The position numbers and the translations under genes were made by a program. Of a DNA stretch of 64,000 bases, positions 38,381-52,100 are shown in pieces; position 1 is the stretch's first letter, and every line of letters starts with the position of its first letter. Below the pieces are notes generated by a model. That model saw nothing but the letters and a program-made list of their open reading frames with translations. It did no database searches and was not told the DNA's origin. The stretch is from NCBI RefSeq assembly GCF_004010195.1, contig NC_057718.1:91411145-91475144 (forward strand). The letters are read 5' to 3'. The DNA comes from Chiloscyllium plagiosum (lineage: Eukaryota).

Positions 38381-38496
38381 GTAAAAACAATGACTGCAGA
38401 TGCTGGAAACCCTGGACTAGAGTGGTGTTGGAAAAGCACAGCAGTTCAGGCAGTATCCGAGGAGCAGGAAAATCCTGCACCACTCTAATCCAGAAT
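38381..38496. mobile_element. Truncated fold-back Penelope-derived element
   Basis: Family A sequence; TSD caaa(t/g)tagtataaag at 38366-38380 and 38497-38511. Confidence 0.7.
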
Positions 38497-39445
38497 CAAA
38501 GTAGTATAAAGACTGTTTCCCCATGAAACAGGAGCGGGAAGGAGATAGTTGCAGTAACATATAGGACCATCAAAATATTGACTCAAGGGGCAAGTCAAAT
38601 GGAAGCTAATCATTCACACACACAGCGTCTCTCCCGACTCTCCCCGTTCGACCATGTTTCATTGCTTATGGGGCTAATTGAGTTGGTTGGTTATTAGTTT
38701 CCCCGTTTTGATTTAATAATCCCATCATTTTGAGTTTATTTTGCAACAAAAAGAACGATTTTAACATAATCACCGTAGCGATGTCCAGTATATAGCTAAA
38801 CACAGGCAATCCCTTTTACTTGACTTTTATGAGCAGAAATCAAGTTAGAACTCATTTTCAAACACAAGATTGAAATCACCAAAGAGCTATTCATTTTTAA
38901 ATCGATCACCGCTGGCATGGAAGTTTAGCTTGTGGGATATGGTGTCTCTTTCTCGATGTCAGTCAAATAAATCAAAGTCCCATTTGTCTTTAACGATTAC
39001 CTTTAAAGATGAACAGCGACCGGGACATTTGGGAGCGGTGATCATATTTAATTACATCGCGCCTGTTGCGTCCGGTATTCTTTCAGTCACCCATTTAACC
39101 ACGTCCTTCGTACATTTTATTGTCATTATTTTTGAACGCGATAGTCAATTCACAGGTCAAAGTGACTGCACTTCAACCTGATTTCCCAAATTTCATTCCA
39201 GTTCCCATTCGATTTGCAAAGTAATTCTCCGTGAAATAGAATTAGAATTATACAATTCATAGATCCTGTAATTCCCATTCTATTTCATTGATAATTACTT
39301 TCCAGTTGATAACATACTGCGTCTCTCTTTCCATCAAGTATGGGGGGGGGGGGGAATGGTGTTTCACCCTCGTTCCGGGGCAGAGTCACGGGAATTGCTC
39401 CGTGGTTCTCCCCAGTCCCATGAGATCGCAGTGTCATGTCCTGAT

Positions 39446-39575
39446 CAGCTTGTTAAAAATTGTCCGACACGCGGTCCATTGGGAATACACTTTAAAACAG
39501 GAAAGGTGAGGTAATTCCCGATATTCCCAAGTGTATTCCCAATGGACCGCGTGTTGGACAACTTTTAACAAACTG
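39446..39575. repeat. 47-bp inverted repeat with 36-nt spacer
   Basis: 39446-39492 versus 39529-39575, with 3 transition mismatches. Confidence 0.9.
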
Positions 39576-39626
39576 GTCCTCATTCCCAAAGATTCTGCGT
39601 CTTTAGAGTCAACTATTCTCGCAGTT

Positions 39627-39806
39627 CGATTAGATTACTTACAGTGTGGAAACAGGCCCTTCGGCCCAACAATTCCGCACCGACCCACCGAAGAGCAATC
39701 AATCCAGACCCATTCCCCTACATTTACCCCTTCACCTCACACTACGGGCAATTTAGCACGGCCTATTATCCTAACCTGCACATTTTTGAACTGTGGGAGG
39801 AAACAG
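39627..39806 (-). mobile_element. SINE 3' portion (HE1-like; same family as 56572-56914)
   Basis: ttagattacttacagtgtggaaacaggcccttcggccc...ggcaatttagcacggcc...ctgtgggaggaaac. Confidence 0.65.
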
Positions 39807-40019
39807 CAAGTTGGTCAACCTGAAGCTGGAGAGCCAGGGCGGTTAGTTTGGGGGCGTTAAACACCTCAGGGGGGAAAAAAAGTGTTTTACCAAACAAAGG
39901 TCACTTCTCGGGGAATGACCCTGGCAGAGTGCCCCAGGTTGGAATATTTGAGCAGCTTGCTGCATTATCTCGATTGAACGTTATAAACAGCTGCATGTGG
40001 CTGCCTTGTTTACACAAGC

Positions 40020-40380
40020 ACAGAGTTTGCTGGAGAAACTCAGCAGGTCTGGCAGCCTCCTTGCGGAAAGTAGAGTTAATGTTTCGAGCTGACTTCGCTC
40101 TTGGTAGGGAGAACACTCTTACACCTCAGTTTGCATCTATTTTACACTTTAACCCTCTCACCGTCATTAACAATCCCTTTGTTTTTCTGCATTGTCCTTT
40201 TCTGCTTCTGTCATTCATATATATATAGATATATAATTAGCAACACCTTTCAGTTCTGAAGAAGTCATCTCAGACTCGAAACGTTAATTCTGTTTCTCTC
40301 TCCATGGATGCTGCCAGACCTGCTCTGCTTGTCTGGATTTTATTTCAGATTTTCAGCATCCACAGTATTTTGCTTTTATT
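40020..40380. mobile_element. Fold-back Penelope-derived element (family D) with hammerhead core at 40256-40285
   Basis: 40020-40087 mirrors ~40276-40325; CTGAAGA-AGTC-ATCTCA-GACT-C-GAAA-C-GTT. Confidence 0.65.
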
Positions 40381-40588
40381 CAGCTCTAATTATATATTAA
40401 TAGACCCAAGTCCTGGGGAAAGATCAGGTACAGATACAAAGCTGATCCTTGGGATCAACAGATTTAGGAGCAAAACCACCAAATTCGTGACCTAATAAAC
40501 CAAATCACTACAAAAAAAACCCAAAGAAATGCTGGAAAACAGAAATTGCTGGAAAAACTCAGCGAGTCTGGGGAGAGAAAGCAGAGTT

Positions 40589-40619
40589 AACGTTTCTGGT
40601 CGAGTGATCCTTTCCTCAG
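40589..40619 (-). ncRNA. Slightly eroded hammerhead core (family D)
   Basis: Minus strand agtt-CTGAGGA-AAGGATC-ACTC-GACCA-GAAA-C-GTT-aact, with 4-bp stem I agtt/aact. Confidence 0.55.
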
Positions 40620-40742
40620 AACTCAAAACTTCGGCTTGACTTTTTCAGAAATGTTTCTGTTTCTAATTTACGGCAGCAGCTGTTCTTTCGGGTTTTATTT
40701 TAAACTACATTTCTCATTTGTTTACCTGGTCTTAGATTGTTA

Positions 40743-40944
40743 GCTGAAAATGTGCTGCTGGAAAAGCGCAGCAGGTCAGGCAGCATCCAAGGAGCAGGAG
40801 AATTGACAGGACTGCCATTCCTGAAGAAGGGCTCATGCCCGAAACGTCGATTCTCCTGTTCCCTGGATGCTGCCTGACCTGCAGCGCTTTTCCAGCAACA
40901 CATTCTCAGCTCTGATCTCCAGCATCTGCAGTCCTCACTTTCTC
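40743..40944. mobile_element. Short fold-back Penelope-derived element with intact hammerhead core (40821-40848, +)
   Basis: CTGAAGA-A-GGGC-TCAT-GCCC-GAAA-C-GTC; inverted arms; TSD cttaga(t/c)tgtta at 40731-40742 and 40945-40956. Confidence 0.82.
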
Positions 40945-43739
40945 CTTAGACTGTTACCCTCTTTTTGGGAAGTCTTTTTTTAAAATAGAAACTGCCTTGT
41001 GGTTGAGGGTGCATTGAAGGAATTAGAAACGAGGCTACTGGGATAGTGATAAATAAGCCATTAAAACAGACAGTAAAAGGAACCAGGGCGCTTTCTCAGG
41101 CCAGCATAATACAGAGTACACGTTAAACCAATACATTTACAAAACAAAAACATCCAGAACTTCTTTATTTCACGGAGCGGCCAATGGAACGGTCGCCGGG
41201 TGGATTAGAGCTATGTACACCTGGAAGCCAAGTTTAGAATTAGTACAAACGGGTTTCAGCTCAAAGTGACCCTGCAATGAAGAGGAATGAGACTCCCTGG
41301 CCACGATGCTCTCACTCAATTTGACAGCAGCAAATCCAAAAGTGTCGCCAATGAGGCTGTGTAACACGCTGGGGTTTGGACGCCTTCTGGAAACACTGTG
41401 AATCCCGCTTGCCTTCAAGTAAATGGGCACCAGGAACAAATGCATGTTTTAAAAAAAATGTCGGGAGCAAGTGTACGGTTAAAAAAAAAGGAAGGCAGGA
41501 GCTCGGTAAAGGAGACAGCTGCAGCATCAAGTGGATTGGTTTAAGATCCAACGAGGGATGGAATAGATCTGCTGAAGCTCCCACTTTTCTGTATTTTGTT
41601 ATCTTACCTTTCCAGAAACGGGTTCGTGAATTTACAATATTCTCACTTCAACAGGTATTTCTGTGCTCATTAAAGTTACAGACTCAGAGCTGGGCTAAGG
41701 CTAGTGGAGGAGGGGGTTGGTCAGAGATCCTGTCAGCTCTCCCCTTCAGTTGCTGTGTTAACGCTCGGGTATCCAGGGAGAAGGAGCATCTGCCGGCACC
41801 ACGGAGGGCTGTCGAGAGCGATGGGGGCTGCAGCTTGACCCCGGACAATATTATTTCAGTTTAAATAAGTTTCCGTTCACTTTCTATCAATTTCCGTTAA
41901 CCATTGGGTTGTGCCGTGTGTTACCATTCTGTCTTTTAACCATTTGAGGGTTTTGTTTTAAGTAAAAGCCACTCTGCCCATCCGTCGCGTCGCTCAGGGT
42001 AATGTTGAATCGGAAACATTCAAAATGCCTGCCAAAGACCATCAGAGCTTTGCCGCAGACGGGGCTATTTTTAAATGTCAGCGCAGTAACAGCGCTTCCT
42101 AACTCGTCTTGCAATTTCCATCAGTCCCATTTGTAACTTAGGAAAAATGAGAATGTCGGTGCCGGGGCAGCTTAACAAAGACAAGTTAAAATTTTATCGG
42201 AAATAACATTATAGCCATAAAGCAGAAGAGCCAAGAGACAGCAAGATGCAATAAAAATTAGAACGTTATTATTTATAACTTACTCTTGCGGGTTTTAAAT
42301 ATATAAAAGATGTCTGGAATTTAAACTTAATATATTTTTCCTGGTAAAGTTCTTCCTTTGCAGTTTCTAAGGAAACCGCATCAGTATTAATAACAAATCA
42401 GGGATAAACGTGATGTTCATGTGAAAGAAATGATTGGGACCCGAAAACGGTAGCAGAATTCTTCCTGTCCAATAGCCTGGGACTGATCAGTGCCTAATGG
42501 GCTCAGTCACAGCTCGGTACTCTCTCGGCAGCACTGGCCTGAAAAGGAGTTGTGCTGTCCTTGTGTCTTCATGAGCTTCTCATCTCGCTAGTACCAACCT
42601 GGTCCAGGACCTAGTCAGGATGCACACTGGGTAGGGAAGTTGCAGGTGACCAGCCCACAGGAGGGACCGTGAATATTTTCTATATTTTGTGATACCGCCC
42701 AATTGCCCAGCATTAACTAAATGGCAACTGTGTATTCAGAAGGATTTTTTTTATAGCCACGGCAGATTTTGACTTGCTTTCAGAGGCTCAGCGCCGTTAT
42801 TTAAAACAATACAAACCTGCGGCGAATGCTCCACATTGAAGACCGACAGAATGGCTTGGCACTTAAGAGTTTCTCTTACAACGAGTCCCGCAAATTAGCC
42901 ACACCATTAATTGAAATGATGGCAGGCATGGTAGCTTTGATTACATTTTAAATTAAATATAAAATTAAATATATTGTTAGTGTTGCACTAAATTTAATGG
43001 ATGTATGTATGTATCTTCACTTATTTCATTAAACTGATAACTTCTCTCAGGATTGATAAAGTCAGCAATTTCCTGGCTATATTTCAATAACACCACAAAT
43101 GGTGACGGGGGGGGGCATGGTTTACATCAGAAGTTTCATCCTTTCAAAATAATTGATATTCCTCTGGTCAGCGGGAGCCAATTTTCATTTATCAATGCAC
43201 TTCAAGTAAACCTCTTCCCTGACTAAAAGGTAAATGTAGATTTCTTCTGGTTACGCTTTGCACAATTCCAAGTCTCACACCATCTTCATTTAGCAAATGC
43301 TCCTTCATTGTTGCTGGCTTGAAATCTCAGAGGGTCCTAACTTACAACACTGTAGGTGTATTTAGATCACACAGGCTATCAGTGGTTCAGGACGGAGCTC
43401 ACCACCAATGTATCTCTCTTTGCTGAGCAGACATGGAACAATTAGAAACTGCCTCCACTTGGGATCATCAGCCACATACACAAGCAATTTCTATAAAGTG
43501 CGTCCATGGCACAGTGTAACAAATGGACTGTACATGGCCCAACCATCACCTTCACTGAGCATTTAGGGATGGGCAATAAATACTCATTGCGTGAGCGATA
43601 GCTACCTCCCATGAACAAATAAATAGTGCATATTTACACTGCTTTAATGAAAATAAAGATTTTCTAAAAAATGCAGCTCGGAACATGAATATTTCTTTCC
43701 ATAATATTCCTAAAACAAATGATTATTTATTGTCCACTG

Positions 43740-44970
43740 AACTGGCAAGTCACTCTTCTCTAGTCCCTGGGGAAATATCAGAGGACTGGAGGACAGCGAA
43801 TGTGGTTCCACTTTTCAAACAAGGTGGTAGGGATGAATCAGGAAATTACAGACTGGAGAGTCTCACGTCAGTGCTGGGGAAACTATGGGAGAAAATTCTG
43901 AATGAGAAAATTAATGGTTTTGGAATTCAGGGAAACATGGAGAGATGGATCAGAAACTGGCTTAGTAATAGGACACAAAGGGTCGTTATAGAAGGCTGTT
44001 CCAGCAGTGTACAAGATTAGTACTGTGACCTTAATTGTTTGTTATATATATATAAATGATATAGATGAAAATGTGGGGGACATGTTTGAAGATTACACCA
44101 AGATTGGTAGGGTGATTCATAGTGAAGATGATGGTTGTACGTTACAGGAAGATATAAATGGGTTGGTCAGATGTGCAGAGCAGTGGCAGATGATACTTAA
44201 CTCTAGCAAGTGTGAGGTGATACACTTTGGAAGAAACAACAAGACAGAGCATTTAATGAATGGCAGGACGCTGGGTAGTTCAGAGGAACAGAGGGATCTT
44301 GGGGTAATTATTCACAGATCCCCGAAATCGGCAGACCAGATGAATAGGATAAGAAAGAAGGAATATGTGACACTTGCTTTCGTTAGTCTGGGCATAGAAT
44401 CTAATAGCAAGGAGGTCATGTTGGAGGTGTACAGATCATTAGTAGGCCACAGTGGGAGTAGTGTGTGCAGTTCTGGTTACTTCACTACAGGAAGGATGTG
44501 ATAGCACTAGAGAATATACAGAGGAGACTCATCAGATGTCACCTGGGATGGTGCAATTGAGCTACAAGGACAGGCTAGACAGATTGGACTGTTTTCTTTA
44601 GAACAAAGGCGGCTTTGGAATGGGGCATGATTGAGATGTATAAGATTATGAAGGGAATGAATAGGATAATTATGAAGCAGCTGCTTCCCTTACTTGAGGG
44701 GTCAATCATGAGGTGGTATAGTCTTAGTGTAAGGGGCAGAAGAGTCAGAGGGGATTTGCAAAAAAAAACTCAGATGGTGGTGGGAATCTGGGGAAGTAGT
44801 TGAGGCTGGAAACCTTTAAGAAAATTGAATGATCACCTGAAATATCATTACATCCAAGGATATAGGACAAGGGCAGGAAATTGGGATTCATGCACCTTTG
44901 TTGTAGCAATTGTTAGTGCAGAATAGATGGACTGAAGGGTCTTTTCTGTACTGTAGGACTCTCTATGAGT
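43740..44970 (+). mobile_element. Degenerate CR1 LINE (RT domain)
   Basis: EDWRTANVVPLFKQG..GNYR..SLTSVLGK..WIRNWLSNRTQRVVIEG..IYIND..DYTKIG..KCEVIHFG. Confidence 0.88.
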
Positions 44971-45269
44971 TACCTGTATATATACCTGTCCACAGAAGTT
45001 TATAGTTAGGACCAAAGACGTTGGCTTCAGATGTACCAATATTTAATTGTTAAAGCTCATGAACACTGTACTGGATGATAGATAAGCAGTCTAGTAATCT
45101 AGGAGAGAAATGGTGACTGTTTAGATCGGAGTGTTGTCAGCATACATATAAAAGTGTTGCCAGGTGATGTTGCCAATGAGCAAGAAATTGGTGGGACTCA
45201 AGTATCTTTGGAGGAATAGCCATCAGGTTCAGGAGCGGGGCAGGTGTAACTGGTAATGATCTCCTACAA

Positions 45270-46140
45270 CCTCTCCATCAGGCAGAAGATACAGAAGCCT
45301 GAACACAACAACTTCATCCCGGCTGATATTAGACTGATGGACTCTCTTGCATCAAATAATAGCGATCTTAGTGACGTTGATCTCGCCTAGCGCACATCCA
45401 GTGTAATGTAACCTGTATGTCTCCAAGTGTTTTTACAACCTCTGATCTGTACATCCTTGCTTCCAATGGTCTGCCAGCACTGCTCGTAAACAAAGATTTT
45501 TGCAAGGTTTGTGAAGGTTCGTAGCTCAGGTTGAGGTTTAGGGTGTAGGTTTGCTCGCTGAGGTTTTTTTCATCCGTGTGTAGGGCTACGAGGGAGAGAG
45601 GGTCGTGTCTTTTTGTGGCTAGCTGGTGTTTGTGTATCCTGGTGGCTAACTTTCTTCCTGTTTGTCCTACATGGTGTTTGTGGCAGTCCTTGCATGGAAT
45701 TTTGTAGATGACGTTGGTTTTGTCCATGGGTTGTACTGGGTCTTTTAAATTTGTTAGTTTTTGTTTGAGTGTGTTGGTTGGTAGCAACACATCTATGCTG
45801 GGACAGGCTAAGCAAAGACATGTCAGAGAATTCCTAGAGGCCTGGCACTCCAACCACAACGCCATAATCAAACACACAGATCTAGATGCCATCTATCAAC
45901 CCCTCAGAGAACGAACAGGAAATGACATCACCACAAACCCCATCTAGGAGAAAGATATAAATAGAAAGCAGGAGACAACAGCTTCGCTTCACTTGGAGGT
46001 CGTCACTGATGATGTACCTAGCCAGGCAATGAAACGTCTGGATATCAAACCTACAGCTCAGCGAGCAAACCTACACCCTAAACCCCATAAACAAAGATTT
46101 TCACCGTACTTCAGTACATGTGACAACAAATCAATCAACT
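45270..46140 (+). mobile_element. Rex1-like 3' fragment hosting a Penelope insertion
   Basis: ccatcaggcagaagatacagaagcctg (PSGRRYRSL) at ~45275; the tail resumes after 46101 and ends acatgtgacaacaaatcaatc. Confidence 0.65.
45501..46087. mobile_element. Penelope-like element with internally inverted GIY-YIG endonuclease, inverted termini, hammerhead core and 14-bp TSD
   Basis: Minus ~45570-45790 reads KDPVQPMDKTNVIYKIPCKDCHKHHVGQTGRKLATRIHKH; plus ~45790-45910 reads REFLEAWHS..LDAIYQPL; 45535-45562 mirrors 46057-46084; CTGATGA..GAAACGTC at 46006-46038; TSD taaacaaagatttt at 45487-45500 and 46088-46101. Confidence 0.88.
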
Positions 46141-49100
46141 TGAGATGAACTTTTGTCAGTAGACAAGGAGAAAGGAGGGATGGTGCAGAGGCAGTTGATC
46201 AGATGGTCTCAGTCTTAGCTACAAAGTTGTCCATGAGCTCCTTGCATTTGTGCAGGTAAGGGTGGAAGAGCCAGGAGTGAGAAGTTTAAGGAGGTGCTTT
46301 CAGTAGAGAAGAGATGACGTTCCATGATGCCACTGAAATTGTAAATGCAAGCAGAACCCAATGATATTTTACAAGGTGCAGTGAATGACTAAAGCATTTG
46401 TCCAACGTATCAGTTCAAGTTTGCATTTTTTGGACTTGGGGAAGTAAACTATAATAGATGATATAAGCATGCTTCCTGCAAAAAGACAGAATTTACTTTT
46501 GCAGCATGATATTGAAAGGAGATAGCAGTGATCAGGAAATAGGGTAACCTCATCTTGGTACATAAAATATTAAGTAACATTGAAAAAAAGCTCAGAATGT
46601 AATTTAAAATAAAACAAGTAGCACTGCAGGATACAAATGAACCTTTTCTTTCCTTTGACCTTGTTTATATTCTATTACATATTTTTAATAAAACAACATC
46701 ATCCTGCACTAAAATATGCAGCACAATACAAAGAACCTGTTTAAATTTCATGAGATCGCCACTGTTTAAAATCAGTCATGTTATGTAATATTATCTTGAA
46801 AACTGACATCAAGTAATGAAAAGCAACACTAAAATTTGCTTGCAGCAGACCAACACATTTAATAAACACTAAAAAAAATCACAAAAATTAGTAACTAATT
46901 CAATATTTTGGAATTCACTTTGCATTTCCCTTTTGTAAATACAGTGGAACTTTAATGTAATTGCATTAGCAATAATAAAATAAGCATTCAAAGAAAACAG
47001 CAATTAATTTAAACTCGATTTTTAATGATGTCTCTCTTCATAACAATTCACAAAGGCATCCTGAACTTTCATCTTAAAATATTTTTGATAATATTAATAC
47101 AGATAAGCATCCTCAAGCTTTCTCCTTTCATAAACCATATTTTACAGAATGCACAACAGAAAGACAGCCTCCAAAATAACTTATTCATGTGATATCAAAG
47201 ACCAAGACTGGCTAATTTTATTCGTATTTGATGGCAAAGACTTGAATGATTAAATCTTTGTAAACATTTCAAACAAACATCTAAGTGTTTTGCGTGCGAG
47301 TCTCCAGATCATTTCTCCTTCCAGTTATTTGATTTTTTTTTCTTCATTCACTTTGTGCTGATGTAGTGAGACAGAACAAGACAAGAACCACTGTACACAA
47401 CACAAATTGTAATGCTTGGCTCAACTGCGATTCTCACTTTCCAATACTTCTACCGAGGCAGCAGGAAATACATTGAGAAAATCTCCCACAGCAGGCATCT
47501 TCAGACTTAAATAGCTGGATTCTAAACTAATATTTTCTAGACCATCTTTTACATTTACAATTGAGATTTTGAGTATTAAGAGACTAATACATACCTTTAA
47601 TATTCTCCATGGATTGCAATTCAAAAGGGAATTTCTTAAAATTCTAAAAAGCTAATCATTATATCTCAAGCTGCACTAGCTTGCTTTAAATGGTGTTTAA
47701 GATTAGTTCAGCAGGGTGACTTCAGCCAATTAGCTTGATTTTGCCTTATGGTTGGAAGTACAGCTGCATTTCTACATTTTGAAATAATAATTTGCAATAA
47801 TTTTATTAGTTTTAATATATTTACTATTATCTACCTGTCTTTATTCAGGATAGGTTTAGGTCAAGAAAAACATCACATGCATCTCTAAATTTCAGACTTA
47901 ATAGTAAACACGTTCAGTCCTTAGCAACAATACTTAAAATGTATGTTAATGCACAAGTAGTCTTTTCTGGTTGGTGGGAGAACAAATATAATATTGATTT
48001 CTCTTTTTAATAAGCCAAATAACAATAGCAAAGTCTCAGAAAAGTGAACAAATGTGATCATATTTGAGAGTGAAAAGACTGAAAGGAACATTGTCCAGGA
48101 CAAAAGGAGTTTTCTGATCAGTGGTATTTAGTAGTTTATTGGTTAACAATTGTTCCTAGAATGATATGAGTCACGAGATTCCAGAACTGTGGTGATGTCC
48201 TTCTGAGGAAGCTTCTGACAGATGACTATACAAATGCATTGACAAGGTAGTCTGTTTACCCATCATCTTGTGAGATCTGATGATCCAATTATACTTCATT
48301 ACACTAATGCTAGATATTTTAGATACATTTCCAATGGCGTTTGCCATGTTGGAACATGATCACCTGGAAGAGGTGGTTCATGCTGTTGGTACTGCATTTT
48401 TAGGTTTTGTTATCCTTTGAGAAAACACAATGAGTTGAACAACAATTAAATTAGCATGATGAGCAGTAAGAGCAGTGTAATATGAAATGGTGCTACAACA
48501 AAATGGTGCATCAAAAAGATTTTTAAAAAGTTCTTCTATTTGAGGCAGTCAAAATAAAGTATAACAAGAATGTACTAAGAAGCGTCACTAAGATCTTCTA
48601 GATGTGTAGTTAATAATTAATCCCATCACTGATAGACTCCAAAGAAAGAATGGAACCAATTACAACATTCACATTTTTAAACATTGAATTTTAAAACCAA
48701 TTATTTATCAGTTTTACAAAATTCACTGGTAGTTCAAGGCTGCTAACTGGAATTTTGCAATAGCATTACTTGCTTCGGTCGTGTGTGAGCAACAATGAGA
48801 CCTTCTTAAGGAGGGAGACAGAGAAGAAATAATGCAAAAGCAGTCAGATGGGAATTCACAATGAATAAACAAAATTTGGTTCAGACATAAGTTGGATGTG
48901 GGCCAGAAATGTATTGGCGTGAAGAGACAACTTTTCAAAACATGCAAATATTTCTATCAACTACAATGCTTGACATTGATAGATAGTACGGGTTAACCTG
49001 GAGAATCTAAATGTTACCTAACGCTCCAGCTCTTCTGTTTAATAATTAGATAATAAAATACAGTATTATGTAATGCAGCACTACTTATCGTTTGCCAATA

Positions 49101-52100
49101 GGTCACCAAAAAAAATGCAAAACTGCAAATTGTCAGATGTTCTTATTCAAATTGAAAAACAAATTCAAGGGGTATTTGAAGATTAAACCTACTAAAACTG
49201 ATTATTATTTTAAATTTAGTTGGAACATATTTTAGATAAACACAAAATAGTATGACTTTTCAACACTTCCTTGGATATGTTTCTTTGATGAAAAGCCGTT
49301 ACCCAGACTTTATGATACAGAGCAATATCCATTTTAGTTGAGGACAGGCTTGGTTGTTCATCGTTAATTAATCATGCTTCAGAGGCAATTCTTCACTCAT
49401 CTCTTCCTCAAGCCCCAAAGTTAAACCTCAGAGCTTATTTGATGGAAATTTAAAAATAAAATGCCACAAGACCAGTGTCTCTACAAAATTAGAGTCACTT
49501 GCTTAACAAGAGGAACTCTGAGATACTTAATCTGGTTCCACAAAATATTATTTTAAATTCATATAGAAAATATTTCAAGTTAAATATTCAAATTGCTTTA
49601 CAACCTTTCCTGGTAAAAAGGCTACATAGTTAAGTAATCAGCATTACATTTCACTGCAGAAAGTCTGCACTCAGCATTTACAGGAGTGACTAAGGACATA
49701 TTTCAGCAATTTAAGAGTTCTTTGGCAACTGATGTATGTTTAAAAAATGTCCAGTGTGACGAGAAAACTTTAGACAATATATACATTAATAAGGGTTTGA
49801 AAGTATCTGACGAACACTTAAGTATTTTGGAGCTATATAACTGTAATAAAGGCACAAGAGTCTTCTACTTTTTATTGCTTTTGAATGTCACCACACTAAA
49901 CCTCTGAATTAAACTAACTAGAATTCGTATACTGCTGTATTGTATTACAGTCAGCTAAGACTGAAACTTTAACCAAAAGGATTAAATGTTTATATCCAGT
50001 TTACAGTGATTGACACGTGGAAGAAAATTCAGAAGAGGGCAGGTTTGCTCACTTAATGGAAGACATAATCTTCAGTGGGATCAATTCTATTAATCCAAAG
50101 TGAACTGAAAAGTTGAAAGTTGGACATTTTTTGCAAACACATTTTGCCTGATGAACTAGTGACATGCATAAACTAAAATCCTCACAATTCCATGAACTGT
50201 GGTTAACAATATCATGATGTAAACTGATCAACATATCTAGGCATAAATTAAGTAATTGAGGTATAATTCAGATAAGAAGAGTACACACATTCAATTTAGA
50301 TGGTATTTATCTAGACACCTATTAATCCTTTAGTTACTGAGGATCTCAGTCATCAACAGAAGTAGGAAGCACATGGCATTTTCAAGTTCAGGTTGGACAA
50401 TGTGAATTAGGAAATATATAAAGGCTGTGTGAGTGCACTTCTTTAATTCTGCTTTACAATATTGATTACTAGAAAGTCACACACCTCTAAAGAAAACATT
50501 CTTTAAAAGCTGTTCTTATTGAGAAAGATTATTTAAAAAGATAGATAAATCAAAGTTAAGCTGACAACTATTTAGAAACTATTTTTTTATAGGAAGGTAC
50601 AATTTTTAGCTGTAACATGGTAAGGAAGAATGCCATTTCGAACAAAAATTATATTAACACTACAAGACTGCATTTATGTTCCATATGCTCAGTGCAAATC
50701 ACCTGAGGCTGTATCTTTCAAGAAGCACAATAATTGACTAAAACCAGCAGCAAGATGGAAGAGGTGAATCATAACTTACAAAGGCTACTTTTTATATTTT
50801 GCTTATCAAATATTACTCCATATTTACATATATAATAAAAATAAAGCGTTATACATTTGACAACCAAAGAGCACATTCACGTGACTGATACACAAAGAAC
50901 AAGTGCAACAGAAACAGTACTGTCATATAATTCAAAGATAAACACATAAGTAACATCACTTCAGAACATTAAAGTTCTCCCTGTAAAAAAAAATCCCATT
51001 AGTAGATTTCAATAGAACTTGGAAGATCAAATTCTTACATTTCTTCTGTTTAGAGTACTCAACAAGACATAATTTCAGCAATAAATAGTCCAGATAGCCC
51101 ATATGTCAATGCTGATTGAAGCATACAGGAAGACAGAAAGGTTTCCAGGAGGATGATAAAAATGAAATGAGCTACAAAAAAACCCAGATAAAATGGTAAT
51201 GAAATTACTGCTTCATGTGTCACAATCTTCAAGTCACAAAAAGTGACAAATAATCTTCAGTAGAAAAGTCCAAATGAATTATCTACGTGTGCAGTCGTTT
51301 TGCCTCTCGGTTTTCTCGTGGCAAAATGTATCAAAATGATGAAAATTAACAGCAACTGGTTCATTCAGTACTTTGAAGCTGTGGCTAAAAGTGCAGTTGG
51401 GTGGCAAAAATATAAAACAACCTTATGGCTGTTGATTTAGAATTTTTAGAATAGGCCAAGACTGAATGATGGATTCCATAATGCAGCACCTTTAGAAGTA
51501 TTATTCCATCATGGCCATATTCTTTTCTGAACTGACAGCTAAATAACTGGGGATGCATGTAACATAAACAAGATAAATAAAAATCTACAGTGTAAGATTG
51601 GAACATCAAGAATTTTAACTCTCATGTTTCACCATTTTAATAATGAATACAGTTTATAATTAGATATGGCTTGCGCAGGAGACAACTCAGTTAACAGTTC
51701 CAGGTTGAAAACTTGTCAGAGCTGCCAATAAATATTTTCGGCATGGTAATGCACCATTTAGGCATGAAATAAGTTATGCATCATATGTTTTCATCTCCAA
51801 ATTAGCTCAACTGCTTGTTTTCTATTATCCTCCTGTTGTTTTTGTGCTTGTAACTTTGTAAGAGCAAAATAAGTTAAGATCAACGTAAATATTAAAAAGG
51901 GCAAGTATGCCTTATGTGGAAATCTGAACGTTATTCTTTCTTTGATTGTAATCATAAATTTGTCTTACAAGGAACAGGAAATAAAAGATAACTTAAAAAG
52001 TGTTTTCTCTTTGCTTTCCTGGCACATAATCACTCAAACATAATGCAAATAGTCAAATGCAGAGAGACAATTGACATGTGGGTGAATGGCTCAGTGATTG

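Noticed and set aside
41792..41812. REST/RE1-like motif GCCGGCACCACGGAGGGCTGT
   Set aside because: Eight mismatches to the 21-bp consensus, including in the GGACAG half-site.
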